NCBI GenBank assembly: GCA_937916405.1
Contig: CALFUF010000049.1
Span: forward strand, 3,750 to 67,749
Reading direction: 5' to 3'
Length of the DNA: 64,000 nt
DNA from: an uncultured Prevotella sp.
GTDB taxonomy: Bacteria > Bacteroidota > Bacteroidia > Bacteroidales > Bacteroidaceae
Part shown: positions 29,667 to 37,975 of the stretch, piece after piece
Position numbering within the stretch: the stretch's first letter is position 1
Layout: the number at the start of each line of letters is the position of its first letter
Position numbers and translations under genes: made by a program
Notes under the pieces: generated by a model
What the model was told of the DNA's origin: nothing
Database searches by the model: none
The model's input: only the letters and a program-made list of their open reading frames with translations

Positions 29667-29884
29667 TCAACTTCCGCAAGCTTTTGCTTGCTACAGTTAA
29701 AGAGGTGAGTGGTGAGAGGTGAGTGGTGAGAGGTGAGAGGTGAGAGGTGAGTGGTAAGAGGTAAGAGGTGAGAGATATGATGGTAAATCAAGTAATGAGT
29801 GAGCAAATAATCAAAAGAAGAGGTAATCTCTCACCTCTCACCTCTTACCTCTCACCTCTGAAGATTGAGAATGCGAAACTTGAA
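29667..29884. repeat. TIR-bounded heptamer-containing dispersed element, copy 2
   Basis: Same ends as 12556..12644; 10 forward units (29702-29771) and 4 inverted units (29829-29856). Confidence 0.75.
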
Positions 29885-29885
29885 G

Positions 29886-29980
29886 ATAGGACTTTACGTC
29901 GCTTCCGATAAAGGTTTAGGGGGTAAAAGTCTTATCCTTTAGGGGGTATAACCTTTATCGAAAGCGATGTAAAGTCCTAT
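29886..29980. repeat. 31-bp inverted repeat with 33-bp spacer
   Basis: 29886-29916 versus 29950-29980, 2 mismatches. Confidence 0.85.
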
Positions 29981-30002
29981 GGAAAGCGAGGTGAAACTAT
30001 AA

Positions 30003-30163
30003 GAGGTGAGAGGTGAGAGGTGAGAGGTGAGTGGTGAGAGGTGAGAGGTGAGAGGTAAGGGATGAGAGGTGAGAGGTAAGGGATAAGAGGTGAGAGGTGA
30101 GTGGTAAGAGGTGAGAGGTGAGAGGTGTGTGGTGAGTGGTGAGAGGTGAGAGGTAAGAGGTGA
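30003..30163. repeat. Heptamer tandem array (GAGGTGA consensus), about 23 units
   Basis: Read directly; variants GTGGTGA, GAGGTAA, GGGATGA. Confidence 0.95.
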
Positions 30164-30328
30164 GGGAAATGTTAAAATGAAAATTTGGGGAATCAAAAGT
30201 GTAAATTTCGGGTGCCGATTTCATGGTCACCTCGACAAGAATGACTATCTTTGCAGTGTCAATCAGAAGTTGCAACAACGAAAGACACACAATCAATCAA
30301 AATCATTAAACCTTAAAAATTTAAAACT

Positions 30329-30820
30329 ATGAGTCAGAAATTTATTAAAGTACAGAACAAGAACCTGCGATCTAACGCCTTTGGAAAGTGGTATGCCCAG
30401 GCAGTCTATGACAAGAAATTCGTGGAGACGAAGCAACTTGCCGAGTTTATCCAAACCCAGGCAAGCGTGAAGCGAAGCGACATCATCGCCGTGCTGGACG
30501 AGCTGGGCGCAGCCATGAAGCACTTCTTCGAGATGGGACAGAAAGTCCGTCTGGACGGCATCGGTATCTTCCGTGTCGGTTTCTCCAGCATCGGTGTCAG
30601 CAAGCCGGAGGATGTGGGTGCGCAGAACATCACCACCCGTCGTGTGATCTTCATCCCGGAGACTACCCGTATCGTGACTGGACAGAGTCAGCGTTCCAAC
30701 GGTACCATCGCCCAGAAGTATGCCAATGCCAAGATGCTCGTGAAGGACGTGACCTTCGAGGAGACGCATGAGAATGCGGTGGCTGTAGAGAACACGAACG
30801 CACAGGAAGGAGGTGAGTGA
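30329..30820 (+). CDS. HU/IHF-like DNA-binding protein (Bacteroidales extended HU family)
   Basis: GKWYAQAV, DIIAVLDEL, GQKVRLDGIGIFRVG, VIFIPE; promoter box TATCTTTG at 30246-30253. Confidence 0.85.
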   Translation: MSQKFIKVQNKNLRSNAFGKWYAQAVYDKKFVETKQLAEFIQTQASVKRSDIIAVLDELGAAMKHFFEMGQKVRLDGIGIFRVGFSSIGVSKPEDVGAQNITTRRVIFIPETTRIVTGQSQRSNGTIAQKYANAKMLVKDVTFEETHENAVAVENTNAQEGGE

Positions 30821-30912
30821 TGAAGAAAGAGACTTGGAAAATGGTGATTCAGCTCGTAGTGAGTATCCTCACCGCCATCGCCACCACCTTAGGTGTTACC
30901 TCGTGCATGTAA
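30820..30912 (+). CDS. Smalltalk-family small protein
   Basis: MKKETWKMVIQLVVSILTAIATTLGVTSCM*, coupled to the HU-like gene by TGATG; not in the ORF track. Confidence 0.85.
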   Translation: MKKETWKMVIQLVVSILTAIATTLGVTSCM

Positions 30913-30939
30913 AGACGCTCCTGTCATGTGAAATGAAGA

Positions 30940-30975
30940 GAGGGTGTGCCTATTTTGACACACCCTCACCTTTTT
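30940..30975 (+). terminator. Intrinsic terminator
   Basis: GAGGGTGTG...CACACCCTC followed by a T-run. Confidence 0.7.
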
Positions 30976-31002
30976 ATGGGTTTCTTTTCTTAAAGTTCTC
31001 TA

Positions 31003-31158
31003 TTACAAAGCATTCTCTGGGTCTGCCTCTATATCGTCGTAGACTTGCTGGGTGCCAGTCTAGCCGCTCTGGATGCCCGTGTCAGAATTGACCAGCAGCA
31101 GACGGCTCTTCATGGCATGGGTCTTCACGCTGGGGATGATATACTCTTTCTTATCCAT
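31003..31158 (-). pseudogene. Small KKxYxxP-type peptide gene with an internal TAG
   Basis: MDKKEYIIPSVKTHAMKSRLLLVNSDTGIQSG*TGTQQVYDDIEADPENAL**; TAG at 31062-31060. Confidence 0.55.
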
Positions 31159-31246
31159 CTTTGTGTCCTCCTACCTTATTGTTTCTTCATCATTGTTTTT
31201 GTTTTAAGTTATCTTCCAGCCCATAGGCAACTGCGGTTTTAAGGGT

Positions 31247-31681
31247 TCAACAATGATATTTCTTTCGCATCATGTCGGCAAATGCATCCAACCCAACAAT
31301 TCGGAATTGCGGGAATGCCGATTGGGCTGCATCGTCGAAATGCTTATCGTCAGTTACGATGAAATCTGCATGATTCACAAAGGCACAATCTACAAATTTG
31401 TTGTCATCATCATCTTGCTTGACTATGCCAAGGCGAAAGTATGGATCTTTTCGTTCCACATTACGAGAACGGGATATTACCTTCAGAAACAAATCTGCTG
31501 CGGTTGGTGATGCCTTCTCACGTAAGATTTCTTCATATTCAAAAAGTATTTCCGTTGATACACACAGCACATAATGCCCCTTGAGAAACTCTCCGAACAG
31601 AAAATGATACTGACTCCGGGCTCCCAAAATCTGCAAAAGGCTGTTGGTATCAAGTACAATACGAGGCATGAAATGGTTCAT
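31247..31681 (-). CDS. PIN-domain toxin of a putative TA pair
   Basis: RIVLDTN, STEILFEYEE, DDDDNKFVDCA, FIVTDDKHF. Confidence 0.88.
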   Translation of the reverse strand: MNHFMPRIVLDTNSLLQILGARSQYHFLFGEFLKGHYVLCVSTEILFEYEEILREKASPTAADLFLKVISRSRNVERKDPYFRLGIVKQDDDDNKFVDCAFVNHADFIVTDDKHFDDAAQSAFPQFRIVGLDAFADMMRKKYHC

Positions 31682-31690
31682 TCAATACTG

Positions 31691-31912
31691 TTATTGACGA
31701 TAAGGAGTACGTAGGTGTTCACCGTGCAGTTTATCAAGTGCTTGTTGGTCAAGTGTACCATTGTCCCACAGACGCTGCATCTCTGCCTCAAGCCTGGAAG
31801 CATAGAAATTACGCAACACGTCCATCAGCGCGTTCAGTTCCTGCTCGTCCTGTGCCCCTGCAAACGATTCCAAAATCATCATTTGCGTCTCGTTCATCGT
31901 ATTGATTTGCAT
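31691..31912 (-). CDS. Putative antitoxin upstream of the PIN toxin
   Basis: MQINTMNETQMMILESF...LWDNGTL...EHLRTPY; ATG at 31912 lies downstream of a minus-strand TATCTTTG box near 31940. Confidence 0.7.
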   Translation of the reverse strand: MQINTMNETQMMILESFAGAQDEQELNALMDVLRNFYASRLEAEMQRLWDNGTLDQQALDKLHGEHLRTPYRQ

Positions 31913-31995
31913 AATCCAGTCTTTTTCGTTTTCGTCGGCAAAGATACAAAAAAATTCCGCAACTCCAAAAGGAATCACGGAATTTTGCAACAATG

Positions 31996-32015
31996 GTTAA
32001 TTACCCCTCCTAAAG
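31996..32015. repeat. About 20-bp direct repeat, left copy (right copy 33444..33464)
   Basis: GTTAATTACCCCTCCTAAAG versus GTTAATTACCCCCCCCTAAAG, bracketing the ATPase gene. Confidence 0.7.
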
Positions 32016-32141
32016 AGAGCGTTTGTAGGCATTATGTGATGAGGATAAAAGATTCTATGCTTGATATTTGGTAATTTAGCAGAAAAAGTGTATTTTTGTG
32101 GCAAAAATCTGTGATAGTTCACAAAAAAAATCCATAAAAGC

Positions 32142-33392
32142 ATGATTTTCGAACGTCAAAAGTATCTGCAAGAACTCGTATCTTCCGAAGGTAATGGGAT
32201 GATTAAAATTGTGACAGGCATCCGTCGCTGCGGCAAGTCATTCTTACTCTTCAATCTTTTTCACGATTATCTATTGAAGCGTGGTGTGCAGGAAGACCAC
32301 TTAATTCTAGTGAACCTCGAAGACCGCCGCAACAAGCGGTTGCGTAATCCTGATGTTTTGTTGGAGTATATCGACAGCCACCTGATTGATGACAATATGT
32401 ACTATATCATGCTTGATGAGATACAACTGGTAGCGGAGTTTGAAGATGTGCTCAACTCATACCTTAGCATTCCCAATGCCGAGGTTTATGTGACGGGGTC
32501 CAATGCCAAGTTTCTGTCAAAGGATGTCATCACCGAATTTCGGGGACGTGGCTGGGAGATACGCATACATCCTCTTAGTTTCGCTGAATACTATGAAGTA
32601 GCAGGTGGGGAACTTGCTCAGGCTCTTGAAAACTACTATCTGTATGGTGGGCTGCCCGCCGTTCAGCAATTCGAGTCTCCAGCACAGAAACAGGACTATC
32701 TCCGTGAGATATATGAAACTGTTTATCTAAAAGATGTAATAGAGCGTAACCATCTACGCAGTAGCGACGGATTACGTGAATTGTTGCGTATCCTTGCATC
32801 GGGGATAGGGTCTAGTACCAATGTTAAACGCATTGCTAATACGTTCAAATCGGCTGCAGGTATTGATATCGGCTCAAACTCGATAGCACGATATCTAGTA
32901 CACTTGCAAGATGCTTTCTTCATCAACGAGGCTCTTCGTTATGATGTGAAAGGTCGTAAATACATCGGAACAGAGACCAAATACTATTTCGAAGATGTTG
33001 GAATACGAAATGCCGTATTGGATTTCCGTCAGATAGAGTTTAACCACACGATGGAGAATGTTATCTACAATGAATTGCGAAGGCTTCACTACAGCGTTGA
33101 TGTTGGCAGGGTGGAGACATTCAGACTGGACGAGGACGGAAAGCGCATACGTAGCAACCTTGAGATAGACTTTGTTGTGAACCGCCATGATGAGCGGCTA
33201 TATATACAGTCGGCTTTCACGCTTCCCGACAGGGAAAAAGAGAATCAGGAGCAAGCATCTTTATTGCAAGTGAACGACAATTTCAGAAAAATTATCATTG
33301 TTGGCGACCGCTACCATTCTGGCTACAACGAAGATGGTGTTTTCCTTTTGAATATCTACGACTTCCTCTTGCAAAAAGTGCCATGGAAATGA
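32142..33392 (+). CDS. AAA_14 + DUF4143-like ATPase
   Basis: TGIRRCGKS, MLDEIQ, VTGSNA, YGGLP, KYYFEDVGIRN, EIDFVV..LYIQS. Confidence 0.88.
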   Translation: MIFERQKYLQELVSSEGNGMIKIVTGIRRCGKSFLLFNLFHDYLLKRGVQEDHLILVNLEDRRNKRLRNPDVLLEYIDSHLIDDNMYYIMLDEIQLVAEFEDVLNSYLSIPNAEVYVTGSNAKFLSKDVITEFRGRGWEIRIHPLSFAEYYEVAGGELAQALENYYLYGGLPAVQQFESPAQKQDYLREIYETVYLKDVIERNHLRSSDGLRELLRILASGIGSSTNVKRIANTFKSAAGIDIGSNSIARYLVHLQDAFFINEALRYDVKGRKYIGTETKYYFEDVGIRNAVLDFRQIEFNHTMENVIYNELRRLHYSVDVGRVETFRLDEDGKRIRSNLEIDFVVNRHDERLYIQSAFTLPDREKENQEQASLLQVNDNFRKIIIVGDRYHSGYNEDGVFLLNIYDFLLQKVPWK

Positions 33393-33393
33393 A

Positions 33394-33422
33394 GAGTCCT
33401 GTTATTTATAACAGGGCTTTTT
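33394..33422 (+). terminator. Intrinsic terminator
   Basis: GAGTCCTGTTA TTTA TAACAGGGCT TTTT right after the stop codon. Confidence 0.7.
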
Positions 33423-33548
33423 GTATTAATTAGGTTAAATAAAGTTAATTACCCCCCCCTAAAGTAACCACATGTAGACATTATTATATATCTTTGCACT
33501 GATTTTTGCAAATACTACAATTAAGAAATTTTAAGTTTCCGACTCCTA

Positions 33549-34880
33549 ATGGGATTACAGACGAAGATGAATCAACGAATAAAAGTTTATTTAACCCTCA
33601 TTCTGCTACTGGCGACTACTCGTATAGTGGCACAGCAGGTGACCATCAGCAATAATCTGTTATATGACGCATGGCTTACTCCCAACCTGAGAGTAGGGTT
33701 ACGGCTGGCACCCCATTGGTCGATGGGCGTGACAGGTGGTTACCGCCCATGGCCCACCGACGACCACAAGTCGAAGAAATGGAAGCACCTATTAGTGTCA
33801 CCCGATGTGCGTTACTGGACAGACTCCGTCAATGTGCATCATTTTTTCGGAGTCAACCTCATCTACAGTCACTACAATGTCGCGGATATCAAGTTTCCCT
33901 TCGGACTCTACAAGAGTGTGAGAGATGAACGGCGTCAAGGAGACCTTGGCGCCCTCGGTGTGTATTATGGGTACTCCTGGCCCTTGGGTCGCCATTGGAA
34001 TATCGAGGCGTTAATCGGTGTCGCCGTCGGCTATACGAAATACGACCGTTACGAGTGTGGAGAGTGCGGTACGAAGATCGGTAACGACAAGAAATGGTTT
34101 GCCATGCCCCAGGCAGGATTGAATATCGTCTTCAACCTCCCCGGTCGTCCGAAGAAGGTCGCTCAGCCCATGGAGCCCGTCGAGCCTGTCATCCCTGCCA
34201 TTGTACAGCCAGAGCCTGAGGTCAAGACCGACTATGTGGAGGTGGTTGTGGATAGCGTAGCGGCTGATCCCCTCATCCGGCTCTGTGAGGAGTATCCCGT
34301 CCTTGCCGATATCTCCGAGTACAAGTCCTACGACCGCAGTCAGGTGCTGCGCCGTGACGAGCGTGCTTTGTTCGTCTACTTCCCCATGGCGAAGACCGAC
34401 ATCCAACCCGGGTGGCGTGACAACCAAAAGACCCTCGACCAGATTGTGGAGGCTACCGAGAAGCTGCTTGTCCTCAAGGATGTCAAGCTCAGCAAGATAC
34501 AGATCGTGGGACTTGCCTCCTTCGATGGCGCCCAAGCCTTCAACGAGAAGATCGCTCAGGGACGTGCCGACGCACTGAAGAAATATATCCAAGACCGCCT
34601 GCACGTCAGCGACGACCAGTTTGCCGTCTCCTATGGCGGTGAGGACTGGGCAGACTTCCGTGACCAGATAGAGGAGGCGATAGCCATCGGTGACAGCCAT
34701 GCCGCCGAGCTGCAGCAAGTCGTTGACATCATCGACCGCGAGCCGAACCTCACCCGTCGTGAGCAGCAGATCCGTAAGCTGCGTGGCGGACACACCTACC
34801 AGTATATCAAAGAGCATTTCCTGAGTGACCAGCGTAACTCCGGTTATCTGAGAGTGTTCTACGACAATAACAGCAATTAA
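33549..34880 (+). CDS. DUF3575-like outer-membrane barrel fused to an OmpA-like domain
   Basis: SNNLLYDAWLTPNL, RYW, GYSWPL..WNIEA; C-terminal FVYFP..IVGLAS.DG..FNEKIAQGRADALK. Confidence 0.8.
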   Translation: MGLQTKMNQRIKVYLTLILLLATTRIVAQQVTISNNLLYDAWLTPNLRVGLRLAPHWSMGVTGGYRPWPTDDHKSKKWKHLLVSPDVRYWTDSVNVHHFFGVNLIYSHYNVADIKFPFGLYKSVRDERRQGDLGALGVYYGYSWPLGRHWNIEALIGVAVGYTKYDRYECGECGTKIGNDKKWFAMPQAGLNIVFNLPGRPKKVAQPMEPVEPVIPAIVQPEPEVKTDYVEVVVDSVAADPLIRLCEEYPVLADISEYKSYDRSQVLRRDERALFVYFPMAKTDIQPGWRDNQKTLDQIVEATEKLLVLKDVKLSKIQIVGLASFDGAQAFNEKIAQGRADALKKYIQDRLHVSDDQFAVSYGGEDWADFRDQIEEAIAIGDSHAAELQQVVDIIDREPNLTRREQQIRKLRGGHTYQYIKEHFLSDQRNSGYLRVFYDNNSN

Positions 34881-34908
34881 TTAATTTAAATTAAAAACAT
34901 AATCGATT

Positions 34909-36816
34909 ATGAAAAAGTTCAAGAATTCTGCTTATGCCGGTGTGATAGCACTGCTGAGCGTGACAAGTTTCACTGCCTGCTCGTCCAGTGACGACGCGGT
35001 GGCTGGTGCGGATGTAAATCCTACCTATGACGGAACAGGTGTCCGTACAGACTTTGCCTTTAACATTACAAAGGCCTCTACGATGCGTATGACTGCTGCG
35101 AATGTACAGGAGAATAATAGTTTCCTCGGAATGAAGAATATGTTCCTGCTGCCATTCAGTGAAGAACCCGCTGCAAATAAAACTACGAATTACGCTTCTG
35201 GATCAGTCAAAAACTACGCACTCGGTTCTCTAACGGGTATCACCGCCGAACAGTCCAGCAAAGTGTATTCGTTGACCATTCCAGTGGGAACCAACAATTT
35301 CCTGTTCTATGGAACAGCAGACGGTTCAGGGACGAATTTCCAGAAAGGTAAGGTGACAAGTTCTTTGACCAAAGAAACCGAGAATACTAATGATATTACC
35401 TTTGGTCTGACTTCTATCGCTACAGACCTTGGTACTGACGGAACGAATATCGCCAATTACCTGACGGCTATCGCCAATACCACAGATTGGGAAGGGACGG
35501 TGACTACCGCACAGACGGACGGACGCTATGCTGCCATCGCCTTGCTGTATACCAAATTCACTAAAAACATAACCCAGTATGCTGGTTCCGCAGAAGCAGT
35601 AAAGCGTCTCGTCTTAGACCTTTATAAGAGTGCCAAGGCAATTAACGCACATAGTTCTGTATATGAGATCCAGACGATTGCCAAAGCTATCTGCATGAGT
35701 ATTAATTCGGACAGTAATGGATTGAAAATCTCTATTACTGATACCGATACTGATCCAGACAACTGGACGGCAACGTTGACTGGTTTCACTGATAATACGT
35801 TCCCCTCTGGTGCGACAGGACTTAATCTGCCGATGGGTGCCGCACAGTTGACATGGAAAGATACAGATAAAAAGTTTGAGTATAAAGTTACTACTGCAAC
35901 GAATGTGGGAACGACTACAACCGCAGCTCTCTCAGACTATCGCTATCCTGCCGAGTTGATTTATTTCGACAACTCACCACTGCGCGCTACGGATAAGTAC
36001 AAGAATGCTTCTGATTACCCGACAACAACAACTACCTGGGATACTGCAGACAATTGGACTGACTGGACACAGTCCGCAGTGACTGCCACCACCCGTGCCG
36101 TCGCCATGACCAACAATGTGAACTATGGTGTTGCTATGCTGGTGTCTAAAGTGGAACTCACTCAAGCATCAATGACGGATAATATGGCTGCTATTATCGG
36201 TGGGTCAGCGACCAACCAGACAATTACTGCTGCGGAAACAAAAGACATCGCTAACAAAAAATCTGCCTTCAAGGTAACGGGTATTCTGGTAGGTGGTCAG
36301 CCTGCACAGGTAGGTTGGAATATGGTGCCTACCTCCACCACTTTCAACTCCGTCATCTACGACAATGACGTGACCTTCAAAGAAACAGCACTTTCTACGA
36401 CGACAGCGACAGCGAACAACTATACTCTTGTCTTTGATAACTATGATGCTGGCGGTACACAGAAAGATGTCGTCATCGCCCTGCAGATTGTCAATGACGG
36501 TTGTGACTTTTATGGCGCAGAGGGTATGATTCCTGCTGGCAGCACTTTCTACCTGATTGGTAAGTTGGATCTTGCTAACAATACAACAACCTGGGCAGGT
36601 GCCACTCGTGGTACTGATACTTACCGCATCACCAACGAAAGCACGAAGCGTGTCTTCATCCAGGACTATAAGACCACTGCCAATATCACACTGGGAACTG
36701 ATGCGTTGAGTAAGGCATACAGTGCCATCCCCGACCTGCGCGCCACAGAGGTGCTCTTCGGTCTGAGTGTTGACTTGACATGGGAGCCAGGCTTGACCTT
36801 TGATGTAAATATGTAA
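34909..36816 (+). CDS. Type V pilus-like lipoprotein, probable major subunit
   Basis: Lipobox FTACSS, TMRM, GTNNFLFYG, C-terminal SVDLTWEPGLTFDVNM; followed by a strong hairpin. Confidence 0.65.
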   Translation: MKKFKNSAYAGVIALLSVTSFTACSSSDDAVAGADVNPTYDGTGVRTDFAFNITKASTMRMTAANVQENNSFLGMKNMFLLPFSEEPAANKTTNYASGSVKNYALGSLTGITAEQSSKVYSLTIPVGTNNFLFYGTADGSGTNFQKGKVTSSLTKETENTNDITFGLTSIATDLGTDGTNIANYLTAIANTTDWEGTVTTAQTDGRYAAIALLYTKFTKNITQYAGSAEAVKRLVLDLYKSAKAINAHSSVYEIQTIAKAICMSINSDSNGLKISITDTDTDPDNWTATLTGFTDNTFPSGATGLNLPMGAAQLTWKDTDKKFEYKVTTATNVGTTTTAALSDYRYPAELIYFDNSPLRATDKYKNASDYPTTTTTWDTADNWTDWTQSAVTATTRAVAMTNNVNYGVAMLVSKVELTQASMTDNMAAIIGGSATNQTITAAETKDIANKKSAFKVTGILVGGQPAQVGWNMVPTSTTFNSVIYDNDVTFKETALSTTTATANNYTLVFDNYDAGGTQKDVVIALQIVNDGCDFYGAEGMIPAGSTFYLIGKLDLANNTTTWAGATRGTDTYRITNESTKRVFIQDYKTTANITLGTDALSKAYSAIPDLRATEVLFGLSVDLTWEPGLTFDVNM

Positions 36817-36825
36817 TCTTTCCAT

Positions 36826-36855
36826 ACCTCACAGGGGATGATGCCCCTGTGAGGT
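36826..36855 (+). terminator. 12-bp stem-loop after the putative major pilin gene
   Basis: ACCTCACAGGGG ATGATG CCCCTGTGAGGT. Confidence 0.7.
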
Positions 36856-36906
36856 GTATTAATTATTAATGAACGCACGAAGTGCGCATTCTCCCAGAGA
36901 GAAATA

Positions 36907-37953
36907 ATGGGTAACATGAAAAATATACAGGTCATAGCACTGATGTTGGCGGGATTGTTCTTGATGACAGTCTCCACGGCTTGTTCTGTGATTGACGACG
37001 ACCTGAGTGACTGCGGCACAGATGCGGAATTGAATTATGAGTTGCGCTTGGTCACCAACATGACAACAGAGTTGGAGACGGAGCTGACGACCCAAACCGA
37101 CCTTCTGTTAGCGGATGCCCTGCGTCAGCACCTGAGTAATATCTTCACCGATTTTGCTCACGATGTCGACCTGTCGTTCTATGACACGACAGGCGACTCG
37201 ATCCGTCTGCAACACGACCAGCATATCATGGATGCCAACCAGGCAAGTTACACGCTCCATCTGCCGATGCGTCAGTATATGCACCTTTCCACAGCGAATA
37301 TCGCCAATAATAAAGTGGTGGGACTGGCAAGTGACGAACGCTGTCATCCTGCCCAGTTGCTGCAGATTGACCGTGACACGATAGACTCGCAAACCACAGG
37401 ACTGTTTACGGCACGACAGAAGATGGATGTGTTGGAGGGTGTCAACCAGACATTCAACGTGCATCTGTATATGGCAAACTGTGCTGCCGCACTGGTCATC
37501 GACCCACAAGGGCATGATGACTATCAGACCAAGATGTACAGTACCGGTTTTGCCACCAGGTTCAGTATCCGTGACTCTTCCTTCGTCTTTGCGCCGAAAG
37601 CTCCTATCGTCCGTGCCGACCGTGTCGACGATAATGGCTCTGGTCTGTTGGCGTTCTGCTCCGTGAACTTCCCTTCCAAGGAGCCGATGCGAACCGTCAT
37701 CGAGACCGAGGAACCGTTTGTCGCCCAGGAAGGAGAGCAATCCCTTTGGGAGTTCCGTGTCTATGTCACCCTGCCCGACGGGAAGGTGACGGAGACAATC
37801 CTCTCTTTCAAGGAACCGTTGCGTGCCGGACAGTTGAAGGTGTTGAGGGCAAGGATGCAGAACGACGGTAGTGTGTCAACGACAGCTTCGGAAGTGGGTG
37901 TCAGCGTGACACTCGACTGGAAAGAGGGTGGGCACCATGATATTGTCTTGTAA
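36907..37953 (+). CDS. FimB/Mfa2-like anchor lipoprotein
   Basis: STACSVIDDDLSDC N-terminus typical of the Mfa2 family; C-terminal VSVTLDWKEG. Confidence 0.7.
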   Translation: MGNMKNIQVIALMLAGLFLMTVSTACSVIDDDLSDCGTDAELNYELRLVTNMTTELETELTTQTDLLLADALRQHLSNIFTDFAHDVDLSFYDTTGDSIRLQHDQHIMDANQASYTLHLPMRQYMHLSTANIANNKVVGLASDERCHPAQLLQIDRDTIDSQTTGLFTARQKMDVLEGVNQTFNVHLYMANCAAALVIDPQGHDDYQTKMYSTGFATRFSIRDSSFVFAPKAPIVRADRVDDNGSGLLAFCSVNFPSKEPMRTVIETEEPFVAQEGEQSLWEFRVYVTLPDGKVTETILSFKEPLRAGQLKVLRARMQNDGSVSTTASEVGVSVTLDWKEGGHHDIVL

Positions 37954-37975
37954 TCCTTTTTAATTAAGAACGTCC

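Noticed and set aside
29702..30163. Possible CRISPR array
   Set aside because: Contiguous 7-bp units with no unique spacers and no cas genes
29546..30296. ORFs 29546..29806, 29939..30196 and 29997..30296 (SHLSPLT repeats)
   Set aside because: Translations of the heptamer arrays, which lack stop codons on that strand; no coding evidence
31003..31158. Genome-wide TAG recoding
   Set aside because: Several clear genes end in TAG at the expected position (3330, 39595, 41793) and the giant ORFs have no internal TAG
30813..31242. Track ORFs 30813..31091 and 31045..31242
   Set aside because: Better explained by the smalltalk ORF in another frame and by the minus-strand peptide gene
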